Both the position numbers and the translations under genes were made by a program. 64,000 nt of DNA from the IMG/VR virus record IMGVR_UViG_3300025450_000023. One strand, 5' to 3'. The notes under the pieces were generated by a model that searched no databases, had not been told where the DNA came from, and saw nothing but the letters and a program-made list of their open reading frames with translations. This stretch comes from an uncultured virus (IMG/VR IMGVR_UViG_3300025450_000023). Taxonomy: Duplodnaviria; Heunggongvirae; Uroviricota; Caudoviricetes. Every line of letters begins with the position of its first letter. Position 1 is the first letter of the stretch. Below are positions 50,075 through 59,051 of the stretch, in pieces.

Positions 50075-50980
50075 TTATTTTTTACCAGCTTTAACATTGA
50101 AACCGTTAACAAGACTATTGTTATAATTATTTAACATTGTATTATTATAATCTAAAGGTGTCTTACCAGGGTTGGCAGCAGCATTATTAACGTTTGAAAT
50201 AAACGCATTATTTGCAGCCGGAGTTTTGTTTGTAGTGGCTGGTGCAGTAACAGGTACGTTACCTGATTGATTTGGGTCGTAAGATATTCTATAATTATTA
50301 AATACAAACCTCACACCTTCTATTCTTGCATCAGATTTACCATACGCATATGATGATTCGTTAATTGAAACAGGGGCACAGGCGTTAAATTTAAATACTC
50401 TTCGAATACCTGCATTTGTTTTATTATCATTTTTATCGAAATGATATACCGAAATAGGTATTTTTACATTTTGTAAAGAAGTAGAAGCACGAGAAATTAA
50501 ACCATAATGGCCCACCAGCGTAATCCATGGACGTATTACAAAGTCAATAAATGATTTATTAGTTTCTAAAAAGCTAATAGTTAATTCACTGTATTTAATA
50601 CGCATATTCGTGGTTACCCCTCCCACTAAACCACCTGCAGGGCCTAATAGAGGGTCTGTTCTTTCTACCCCTACACTCTCTCCTGGTATGTTAATTCCAT
50701 TAGCAAATAAACATATTTGACCGCCAGCTGGACCATGTACTTGATTTTGTATTTCTTGTATTAAAGCACGGCTGACGTTTTTAACGTCCCAATTTTCTTC
50801 AAAATTTACCCATGGGTTTGCTTTTGAGTCTGTAAACACTGGGGGTAAACTTTCAAAATGTATAAGAAAGTTTGAATCAACCGGTATTTGAGTGTTAGGG
50901 TTGCTTAAAAATTTTACAAACATGTCAACTTCGGACATGTTGACTTGATTGTTTGCCTTTGGCCCTATTATGTTAGCCAT
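50075..50980 (-). CDS. tail-tube-fold baseplate protein (gp54-like)
   Basis: INIPG, LTISFLET and F.ACAP.SI. Confidence 0.55.
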   Translation of the reverse strand: MANIIGPKANNQVNMSEVDMFVKFLSNPNTQIPVDSNFLIHFESLPPVFTDSKANPWVNFEENWDVKNVSRALIQEIQNQVHGPAGGQICLFANGINIPGESVGVERTDPLLGPAGGLVGGVTTNMRIKYSELTISFLETNKSFIDFVIRPWITLVGHYGLISRASTSLQNVKIPISVYHFDKNDNKTNAGIRRVFKFNACAPVSINESSYAYGKSDARIEGVRFVFNNYRISYDPNQSGNVPVTAPATTNKTPAANNAFISNVNNAAANPGKTPLDYNNTMLNNYNNSLVNGFNVKAGKK

Positions 50981-51651
50981 TATCTACCCCCTAAACCACC
51001 AATTAAACTATTAATAGTTTTATTGACAAGTTTGTTAGCGACATTACCTACTGCCCCGCCGATCGACCTACCAAAATTGTTACCTAAGCTCAATCCAGAC
51101 GCAACACCTGAATCAGGTCCTGTTGTCCAGTACTGATATGCAATAGATGCACCAACTTCCTGTATACCACCTGACTTCGTTAAGTCATATGCAATATCAT
51201 CAATTTTAGTAATGAACGCACCTAATAATGTGTATACTTTAATTTCATTCAACGTATCATCGATTAATGATAATCTAATTATGTTGCTATTTAAATCTCT
51301 TGGTTCCATATTACCTACAGATTGATTTTCATCAAACGTATTAGTCATAGAATCTTCTAACATTGATCTTAAATTGTAATCTTGTGTGCAATAAAACTTA
51401 ACTGCCCAATTTGCGTTGTCAAACTTTACAGTGCCCGGTATTTGAAAATCTAACCCCATAAAAGGAGCAGTAGTCGTGTTAATTGATTTACCAGGAAGGC
51501 TTGCTGTTTTTAAAAACACTAAATCAGGATCTTCAAGCTGTACACCATTAACATTAAACGTGGTTATTCTGAATTGAAAATCACGTGCAAATCCAACATT
51601 TGTTGCCTGTTGGTAAAAATCTGCTATTGTTTGTCCTGTTACTGATGCCAT
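50980..51651 (-). CDS. tail tube protein paralogue (gp19-like)
   Basis: GFARDFQF, ASLPG, FMGL.F.IPG.V.F and YQYW; similar to 52339-52863. Confidence 0.75.
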   Translation of the reverse strand: MASVTGQTIADFYQQATNVGFARDFQFRITTFNVNGVQLEDPDLVFLKTASLPGKSINTTTAPFMGLDFQIPGTVKFDNANWAVKFYCTQDYNLRSMLEDSMTNTFDENQSVGNMEPRDLNSNIIRLSLIDDTLNEIKVYTLLGAFITKIDDIAYDLTKSGGIQEVGASIAYQYWTTGPDSGVASGLSLGNNFGRSIGGAVGNVANKLVNKTINSLIGGLGGR

Positions 51652-51668
51652 ATATATACTTATGTTTG

Positions 51669-52268
51669 TTATGTCAATATATCTTCTGATGTCATATACT
51701 GAAAACCGATAGTTGCAGTTAATTTTGCTATATCTGCCCCTGACTTTGTTTCATATGTTATAGTACCAGTATTCTGTAAAAATGCTCCAACTAAAAAGTA
51801 TTTACGTATTACTTGTGGTTCTGTTGAGGCATTACTTCCCTGAAACAAATTACCTGAATTAGAAAGCAAGTTTAATTCAATTTTACAATCCCACCAATTA
51901 GGTTTTTGTGATACGGAAGTGTGCTCATTAAATGTATCTACAGACCATTTCTCTAAAACATTTCTTAATATATAATCTCTATCACAGTAAAAAGATACAT
52001 CCCAACTACCGGCAGCTTCAGGATAGCTTGCTACCATTGGTATGTTGTATTTAAAGGACTTAAAATCAACAGTTGTAGTGCTAATAACACGAGATGGTAC
52101 TTTACCGTCTTGAGCATAAAGAAATAAATTATCTGTGTCAGACGAGGGCTTATATACATCGTCTGCTCCGTTCCTTGTAATTGCATTTATTCTAAACAAG
52201 TTAGTACGAGCAAATCCGCGCTTAGTAGCGGTTTGATAAAATGAGGATATACCCGTGTTTGCCATCAT
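51669..52268 (-). CDS. tail tube protein paralogue (gp19-like)
   Basis: FY..A..RGFAR.NLF, W.VSFY.D and FQY. Confidence 0.7.
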   Translation of the reverse strand: MMANTGISSFYQTATKRGFARTNLFRINAITRNGADDVYKPSSDTDNLFLYAQDGKVPSRVISTTTVDFKSFKYNIPMVASYPEAAGSWDVSFYCDRDYILRNVLEKWSVDTFNEHTSVSQKPNWWDCKIELNLLSNSGNLFQGSNASTEPQVIRKYFLVGAFLQNTGTITYETKSGADIAKLTATIGFQYMTSEDILT

Positions 52269-52289
52269 TAATACTTAATGTATAGACAT

Positions 52290-52318
52290 AAAAAAAGCCC
52301 TGTTTTTAGCAGGGCTTT
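52290..52318 (-). terminator. intrinsic terminator after sheath/tube genes
   Basis: GCCCTG/CAGGGC hairpin with T7 on minus strand. Confidence 0.8.
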
Positions 52319-52338
52319 GTATATTAAAGCTTTATAAC

Positions 52339-52863
52339 TTATACGTGTCTCCAGTATTGGAAAGCTAACTTAACCGTAAATGCTTCTGTTGGTTTACCAG
52401 CACCAGCATTATCATAACCAATTGAGCCAATAGATACTGGATATACACCGTATAGTTTATAGGTGTTAAGTACGTTTTGACTTTCATCGATTAAATCAAG
52501 TTGAATTAGTCTATCTGGACCGCGTAGTGAGAGGTTACCAGTGCTTGTAGCATCGTCAAATACATTGTTAATTTGCCAATCTTCAAGCTTTTTACGAATA
52601 ACGCCTTTAAGGTCATTATAGAACTTAACTTCCCATCCTTCTGAACCTGTATAATCAACTGTACCAGGCACATTGAACTTTAGTCCCATGTAAGGTACCT
52701 GTTGGTTTTGAATTGTACGGTCCGGAAGATTTTTTGTTGTGATATAAACGAAATCATCTTCGTTGAACGTATCTTGACCAATCGAACGCACTCTCATCAT
52801 GAAATCACGAGCGAAACCGCGTTCTTGTGCTACCCTGTAGAAGTCTTGTATTGTCTGTGCCAT
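52339..52863 (-). CDS. 19: major tail tube protein gp19
   Basis: LP......VPYMG....PG, W.V.FYND, YP..IG and F.V.LAFQYW; follows sheath. Confidence 0.88.
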   Translation of the reverse strand: MAQTIQDFYRVAQERGFARDFMMRVRSIGQDTFNEDDFVYITTKNLPDRTIQNQQVPYMGLKFNVPGTVDYTGSEGWEVKFYNDLKGVIRKKLEDWQINNVFDDATSTGNLSLRGPDRLIQLDLIDESQNVLNTYKLYGVYPVSIGSIGYDNAGAGKPTEAFTVKLAFQYWRHV

Positions 52864-52869
52864 GTTAAA

Positions 52870-52875
52870 TATTTA
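52870..52875 (-). promoter_or_regulatory. putative late promoter TAAATA
   Basis: TAARTA recurs just upstream of many structural genes. Confidence 0.55.
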
Positions 52876-52883
52876 GGTTGAGA

Positions 52884-55241
52884 TTATAATAACTCGTTAA
52901 AGTTTTGCGATGTCTTAGTAGCATAGAAGTTTACCAAGATAAACTCTGCTGTACGAACTGGCTTAATATAGATGTCAACAACTAATGTGTTATCGTCAAC
53001 TACGCTTGGCGTGTTGTTCGTAGAATTACATACTATTAAGTAATCGTATAAACCTTGAGTGTTTTTAGCTAATTCAAATACAGGTGTTAATGTGTTAATA
53101 ACTCTGCTTTGTGTGAATGTTGTATTAGGTTCAAACACGAAGTATTTTAATGTTTGTAATGCAGACTTTTCTAAGAATAAGAATAGACGGCGAACATTAA
53201 TACGGTCAAACGCACTTGGGTTCTTCATAAGCGTCTTTTGACCGAATACTGTATAACCTTCATTTGGGAAGTATACTACAGGATTAAGAGCTACTTTATA
53301 AAGTAAGTCGCGTTGTTTTTGCTGTGGGTTAACACCGATGTCAGCAAGACCGTTAATAATACCACGGTTTAAACCAGCTGGTGCAGTCCAGAAATAATTA
53401 TTAGCATCAGATGCTGTAATCATTGCTGCAGCAAAACCAGAGAATGGTAACCATACACCTTGGTTAGTGTAAGTGTCTTGAACCTTAGCCCAGTTAGCAT
53501 ATGCTGTAGCATAGCTTGTATTGAATGAACCGTAAAGGTTACGTAGAGGCCAGTAAATGTTAGACGAGAAATTATTTGCCTTGTTGTCAAGGGTCTTGTA
53601 ATTTTTACCTGTTACGAATACATGACGTAATGGGTCTGAAATAAAGAGGTGATCTTTACGACGGAATTGAGCAAACTGCACGAACTTGTTTGTGATGTCA
53701 ACCCAAGCATCAACTAAATCGTTGCTTACTGGATTACCATCTGAAGCTGTAAGTGCTGCTAATTCTGTTGTTAGTTCTGCCCATACTGCAGTGTCATCAT
53801 ACTCTGTACCAGCACCTTCTACTGCTTGTACAGCAGCAATTGTTGATAGACCAGCATCAAGTGTGATATCGACGTCTACTAACTCGTTGTTTTCAGCAGC
53901 ATTGAGAACGTAGTCAAGTTTTGAACTTACATCGCCAATAATTTTTGCACTATTAAGTGGTAAGCTGTCTGAATATACGCCTAAAGCATAAAGCGAGTTA
54001 GCAGGCATAAACGAACCGTTTGCTTTAGCAAGATAAGCTGAAGCTACTGAGTAGAATGTATCACCGTCAGTACCAGTTGACTCTTTAAGTACTCTTACTG
54101 TCTTTGTCGAGTTACCGTTGTTGTCAAGCCAATTTACGAGAGAAGAAATATTTGGGTTAACATGTACTTCAATTGTGCTCGAGCTGTTGTTAGCAACAGT
54201 CTGTATAAAGCTTGATTGAGGCGTACCACCATTAACGTCTTGAACTGTACGATTTACATATAGTGAACCTGCATAACCTTCTTGCAATACATACTGTAAT
54301 GTGGTTGTATTAATCGAGAACGGTGAAGGGCGTAATTTAAATAATGATAAGATTAATGAATCGCTATAACCTGTTTGAGCGATATTGTAAGTAGGAATGT
54401 TTTCAATATCGTGAGAAAGACTATTAATTACTGGTAATGGTGCAGCACTTAGTGTGAAACCAATACGAGTTGTTGGAACTGTAATATAAACAGATGAATT
54501 AGTATCTGCATACTCACCATCAACAAAGTATGTGCTACCAATAGTTTGTACTGTAACCGCATCATCAAAGTTAGATGTAGGATTATTGCTTAAAGCGTCA
54601 GCTAAGTTAAGATAATAGCCTTCGAAATTTTCGTTAATTGTTGTTTTAGCTGTGTTAACAACAACGATACCAGCGTTACCGATATCGGTAACTACGTTTG
54701 AGCCGGAAACAACAAAGCTACTTAAACCTACATTACCTGTAGTAGCAGACCAGTTGATACCACCTTGAGAAATTTGTGTGTATTGATCTGAAGTTAATGC
54801 AACTAATGCAGGGGCACCAAAATAATAACCCTGAGCTGAGCTCAATGGAATTGTACCCGCTGTAGCAGCTGTAGCTGGATATGTCGTTGTATTGCCAGGA
54901 ATTGGTAATACTGGAAATGCTAATGCACTATAATTGCTTGCTGTACCTTCACCTGTACCATCCCCGTAAGGAATACGAACTGCTTTGATCGTTGGATTAT
55001 TACCAGCTGTAAATAACTGATTTACCGCATAATAAAAATAACGTTCCGCTGCATTTGTAGGTGTACCGAAAACGGTTTGAAAATCGCTAAGAGAAGCCAA
55101 CTCGACAATTTCATAAGTTGGGCCTTGAGGCGCAAAACCGGTTACTAAAACATTAGTACCGACTGGAGTTACTGCTCTTGTAGATAAATCAATTTCACGA
55201 ATTTCTACACCTGGAGATTGGATAGTGCGTGTGGATGCCAT
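52884..55241 (-). CDS. 18: tail sheath protein gp18
   Basis: SPGVEIREIDL, W.APAG.NRG, FDRINVRRLF, FEPN and IKP.RTAEFI..NF. Confidence 0.95.
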   Translation of the reverse strand: MASTRTIQSPGVEIREIDLSTRAVTPVGTNVLVTGFAPQGPTYEIVELASLSDFQTVFGTPTNAAERYFYYAVNQLFTAGNNPTIKAVRIPYGDGTGEGTASNYSALAFPVLPIPGNTTTYPATAATAGTIPLSSAQGYYFGAPALVALTSDQYTQISQGGINWSATTGNVGLSSFVVSGSNVVTDIGNAGIVVVNTAKTTINENFEGYYLNLADALSNNPTSNFDDAVTVQTIGSTYFVDGEYADTNSSVYITVPTTRIGFTLSAAPLPVINSLSHDIENIPTYNIAQTGYSDSLILSLFKLRPSPFSINTTTLQYVLQEGYAGSLYVNRTVQDVNGGTPQSSFIQTVANNSSSTIEVHVNPNISSLVNWLDNNGNSTKTVRVLKESTGTDGDTFYSVASAYLAKANGSFMPANSLYALGVYSDSLPLNSAKIIGDVSSKLDYVLNAAENNELVDVDITLDAGLSTIAAVQAVEGAGTEYDDTAVWAELTTELAALTASDGNPVSNDLVDAWVDITNKFVQFAQFRRKDHLFISDPLRHVFVTGKNYKTLDNKANNFSSNIYWPLRNLYGSFNTSYATAYANWAKVQDTYTNQGVWLPFSGFAAAMITASDANNYFWTAPAGLNRGIINGLADIGVNPQQKQRDLLYKVALNPVVYFPNEGYTVFGQKTLMKNPSAFDRINVRRLFLFLEKSALQTLKYFVFEPNTTFTQSRVINTLTPVFELAKNTQGLYDYLIVCNSTNNTPSVVDDNTLVVDIYIKPVRTAEFILVNFYATKTSQNFNELL

Positions 55242-55261
55242 AATAGTTAAGTTTCTATTAT

Positions 55262-55267
55262 TATTTA
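55262..55267 (-). promoter_or_regulatory. putative late promoter TAAATA
   Basis: 20 nt upstream of sheath ATG. Confidence 0.55.
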
Positions 55268-55297
55268 GGAGTTTTTAGCTCTGAAACTTAGACTTTA

Positions 55298-55882
55298 TTA
55301 AAGTAATTGAGAGTTTAACTGGCTAAATGCGAATGTAAAAGAAGATTCTATCTGCTCTCCATCCCTGTAATTATAAGTAATTTCTCCAAGATTTGTAATA
55401 AAAGCTTTTATGTAATCCCACTGTATTACTTTGTTGTTATACTCATCTAAACCGTAAACAGTAATATTGGTTTGATAGTTATTTAAATCAGCAATTTTTT
55501 CTGGAGATATTAAACCGTCGTAATTGTATGTACTTTGACTTGAATCATTGATAACATTTAACCAATACCACAATACCCACCAGTTATTAAATCCATTGTC
55601 AACAGTAAAATTAACTGTTATTGGTTTATAAGCTGATCTTGTATAACTTGTAAATTTAGCAGTTTGAGCAGAGTACGGTATATCTACTTCTGCTACAACT
55701 GTTTCAGGTACTACTGTACCGTAAATTGAATACTGTAAAGAGTCTAAATTAAGAGAATTAGATGCTCGACTGTTTTGATATGTTTTGTTGACAGTCTTTA
55801 ATATAGGTGGCAAGTTCAAGACAAGTAAAAACTTGTCTTTTCTATTTTTATTAAGAATCGATTGCTGAACTGTATCGCTCAT
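55298..55882 (-). CDS. tail tube terminator, gp3-like
   Basis: ITVNFTVD..F.NW..L..WL and AF.T.L..I.Y. Confidence 0.65.
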   Translation of the reverse strand: MSDTVQQSILNKNRKDKFLLVLNLPPILKTVNKTYQNSRASNSLNLDSLQYSIYGTVVPETVVAEVDIPYSAQTAKFTSYTRSAYKPITVNFTVDNGFNNWWVLWYWLNVINDSSQSTYNYDGLISPEKIADLNNYQTNITVYGLDEYNNKVIQWDYIKAFITNLGEITYNYRDGEQIESSFTFAFSQLNSQLL

Positions 55883-55889
55883 CTAACAC

Positions 55890-57017
55890 TTACTTACGGA
55901 AGTGTTTGTTATTGATAATGTAAAATTCCTTAATAACGCTTTGTTCAGCTGCTACTTTTTGTGTATTAGCAGGTGTAACCTGATTCATTATCTGACCCGC
56001 AGCAGGCTTTTTTCTTGCGTTATCGTTTTGAGCTTTTTCAATTTCAGCTAATTTATTCAGTGCATAGTCAAGAATACCTTTACGGTCTCTGCTTTGTACT
56101 TTGCTGAGTTGTGCTGCTACAGCGTCTATAGCTTTTTTAGCATCCCCCACATTAACACGACCACTACCTGCAGGTGCTGGTGCAGCAGGTGCTGCAGGTA
56201 GTGGTGCGGGTGCAGCTGCTGGAGCTGGAGTTGCAGAAGCTGTATTAGCTGTCGGTGCTGGTGCATCTGCTGCAGGTGCTGTATTAGCAGCTGTTGCAGG
56301 TTTACCGGTTTGATTTAAATTCTTGTTTGTAATATCACCAGCTAAGCCAGTGTTTTGTTTTGCTCCTTGATAACCGTATTTAGCACCAGCTTTAAAGCTA
56401 TGACCAAGTCCTTGTGCAGCACCACCAACAGCACCAACTGCTTGACCTAAGCCATTTGCAGTAGCGCCCGCAACTTGACCTACAGCTGCAGGTACATTAG
56501 CTAAACCATTAGCTAATTTAGTGCCATATTTCTGTATACCGCTTTTTAAATGTGAGCCTAATTGACTAAGAAAACCAGGTTTCTTTTTTTGAGCTCCTGC
56601 TAAAGGGTATGTGGAATTTGCACCTGCAATATCAGAAGGATCCCCATTTGGGTTTACGTCTTCGTCTTCGAGTTTTTCTTCTTCTTTCTTTTTACCACGT
56701 GCAAAAGATTCAAATGCTAAGCAATAGTTTTTATCGCTTGTAGTATCTAAATGTTTTAAAACCTTTTCAATACACATTACTGTGAGTTTAATATCATTAT
56801 CTTGCTCGTCTGCGTTTTCTTCTATAATTGAGCGACCACCTTGACGTGATTCTATAGCATGCTCAAAAGCCAAATATGTACTTTCAGGCAGTACCTGTGA
56901 AATAATATTAAACTCTTTTAAAATAGTCTCAGGAGAAGAACTCTCTACGAGTGATTCAATTGAATTATTTTCTTGTACTACGTTATATTTTTCGGCTAAA
57001 AGCTTTACGTTTGGCAT
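55890..57017 (-). CDS. hypothetical low-complexity protein, possible internal head protein
   Basis: acidic N-terminus VKLLAEKY; Gly/Ala/Pro-rich C-terminal half. Confidence 0.6.
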   Translation of the reverse strand: MPNVKLLAEKYNVVQENNSIESLVESSSPETILKEFNIISQVLPESTYLAFEHAIESRQGGRSIIEENADEQDNDIKLTVMCIEKVLKHLDTTSDKNYCLAFESFARGKKKEEEKLEDEDVNPNGDPSDIAGANSTYPLAGAQKKKPGFLSQLGSHLKSGIQKYGTKLANGLANVPAAVGQVAGATANGLGQAVGAVGGAAQGLGHSFKAGAKYGYQGAKQNTGLAGDITNKNLNQTGKPATAANTAPAADAPAPTANTASATPAPAAAPAPLPAAPAAPAPAGSGRVNVGDAKKAIDAVAAQLSKVQSRDRKGILDYALNKLAEIEKAQNDNARKKPAAGQIMNQVTPANTQKVAAEQSVIKEFYIINNKHFRK

Positions 57018-57025
57018 AATGTATC

Positions 57026-58087
57026 TTAATACTTACGCAAATAGAACGTATTTCTCTGTGAATCAAATCCAATCTCTATATTACTTGTACTAAGCTTACG
57101 AGGATGACCGGATTTAATTTTATTTATATCCAATCCATAACGCATGATAATTTCATTAGCTTTATTATGGGTTATCGGGCCAGCTCCAAATTCCTTCTTT
57201 TTAAGGTTATGTACTGGTACAGTATCGTCTTTCTTTTTCTTGTGCATTTGAGCTACTATACCAATATTTCTAATTTTATCAGAACCCAAGCTACCTAATT
57301 TACTCATACCCGCACCGAGTTGTTGATGGCGAGGACCTCGTTTATTAGTAATACCCATAAACGATTTAAAATTCATTTCCTGTAAACGCTGTACACTATC
57401 TAATGATAATTTCTTATCTTTCTTTGCAAGTATACCTTGTACAAGTCTTTCCACGTCTCCTGATCTACGTAGTTTTTTGAAAGCAAGGTTTTCAGGTGAA
57501 AACTCTCCACCTTTGTCTAAACCAGCTTTTCTGAGTTCCATGAACTTTTCTTTAGCTTTTTCAGCACATTCTACATCACATTCATCACTTAAAGCAAAAT
57601 TAATCATATCTAACATCGCTTGTTTCTTTTTACCAACAAGTGAAAGATCTATTTCTGCTTTTTCTTTAGTTGCGTTTGGTTTCTTTAACCAATCATCGTT
57701 TTTAAGGGAATACACTCCAGTAGAATGGTGCGGTTCATTTATATCTTGTATATAAACCTCTACGTCATAACCTTTTATAGTAATATCACGTGTTGTGTTC
57801 CAAACTGTTTTTTTAGCATTAAAATAGTCTTTAAGTAATTCAGTCTCAACTTTATACTCAGTAAAATCTGTGATAATGTGTAAATCAAAATCACTATACT
57901 TTGTGTAGTTAAAGTTTGCTAATGAACCAGTTAAAGTAATATCTTCAACATCAACTTCAATATCAATTGTATCTAAAAATGCTTGAGCAATTTCCAGGAG
58001 CTTATCTTTAATTTCTGGCTTTAGCTTGCCATTTTCCCACAATTGCGGGTTAAGCTCATTATGAAACTCAAACGTAAGGTTCTCCAT
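57026..58087 (-). CDS. Pol-beta-superfamily nucleotidyltransferase
   Basis: LTGSLANFNY..YSDFDLH and later VEVY. Confidence 0.8.
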   Translation of the reverse strand: MENLTFEFHNELNPQLWENGKLKPEIKDKLLEIAQAFLDTIDIEVDVEDITLTGSLANFNYTKYSDFDLHIITDFTEYKVETELLKDYFNAKKTVWNTTRDITIKGYDVEVYIQDINEPHHSTGVYSLKNDDWLKKPNATKEKAEIDLSLVGKKKQAMLDMINFALSDECDVECAEKAKEKFMELRKAGLDKGGEFSPENLAFKKLRRSGDVERLVQGILAKKDKKLSLDSVQRLQEMNFKSFMGITNKRGPRHQQLGAGMSKLGSLGSDKIRNIGIVAQMHKKKKDDTVPVHNLKKKEFGAGPITHNKANEIIMRYGLDINKIKSGHPRKLSTSNIEIGFDSQRNTFYLRKY

Positions 58088-58103
58088 GTAAGTTATTACT
58101 TAC

Positions 58104-58607
58104 TTAAAACTTATAACTTAGCCTTGTAAAAAAGTCTCCAATAAAGTACAAAGCTTCGTGTATACGTCTACGTACCCAACGTACTGGTTTAGTATAAAAG
58201 AAATATCTATTAACCCAGCGACTTCTTTCATATAGCATTTCTGCTTTTACTTGATTCCATTTCTCAATACGTTCAGTATTGTCTACCTTTTCAAACTTAG
58301 ATACTTCAATTACATCGATTTGCCCTTTAGTGAATGTTGCAGTAAACTCTACCCAACAATCATTATTACCTATTTTTTCATTTGGTACATATTCGTAAAA
58401 TTTAAGGTTACCATGGTAATTTTGATCTTCCCAATTCTTTTCGGATACTTGCAAAAGCAGTCTACCGTTTTCGATTTTGTAATTAGCTAAACACTCTATT
58501 AACCCCTTAGCTTGAAATGACGTACAGTTATTGGGTAATCCCTCTTCCCACATTTCGTCTGTCCAAGGCAATTTATCTTTTACTGTTATTGTATCAAACA
58601 TTCCCAT
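58104..58607 (-). CDS. hypothetical protein
   Basis: MGMFD.I ... FQ.K ... W.EF...F..G pattern. Confidence 0.6.
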   Translation of the reverse strand: MGMFDTITVKDKLPWTDEMWEEGLPNNCTSFQAKGLIECLANYKIENGRLLLQVSEKNWEDQNYHGNLKFYEYVPNEKIGNNDCWVEFTATFTKGQIDVIEVSKFEKVDNTERIEKWNQVKAEMLYERSRWVNRYFFYTKPVRWVRRRIHEALYFIGDFFTRLSYKF

Positions 58608-58660
58608 ACAGTTAATATAGTGTATTTTTGCTAATAATCCATAAGTATTTAGTCTATAGT

Positions 58661-59050
58661 ATGCCTAACGAACTCAAACTGTTATCAGAAAAATATACTC
58701 AAATATTTAAAGAATATGATGCTTCGTGGTCAACCGGTGGTATGGGCGGAACAGCCTATGCAGGTAGCGAGCAAATGGCAGAAGATGAAGAAAGTGCATT
58801 AGACCCACTACAGCCAAGTACAGCTTTAAGTTCCCAACTCGTTGGTTTATTTGATCCGGTTACTTCTGAAGAAAAGAAACAAACCGACGAAGCTTTAAAA
58901 GAACTTGAAACAGTTTTAAATAAAATTACAAAAGATATAGAAAGCTGGCAACACAAATACACAAAGCTCGGGGCAACCGATACTGTTTCAAGAGAACAAT
59001 TATTTCAATATATAGCTAAATCAGTTTTAGGTATAAAAAAATTAGACTGA
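58661..59050 (+). CDS. hypothetical protein, possible internal head protein
   Basis: start MPNELKLLSEKY after TAAGTA. Confidence 0.6.
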   Translation: MPNELKLLSEKYTQIFKEYDASWSTGGMGGTAYAGSEQMAEDEESALDPLQPSTALSSQLVGLFDPVTSEEKKQTDEALKELETVLNKITKDIESWQHKYTKLGATDTVSREQLFQYIAKSVLGIKKLD

Positions 59051-59051
59051 T

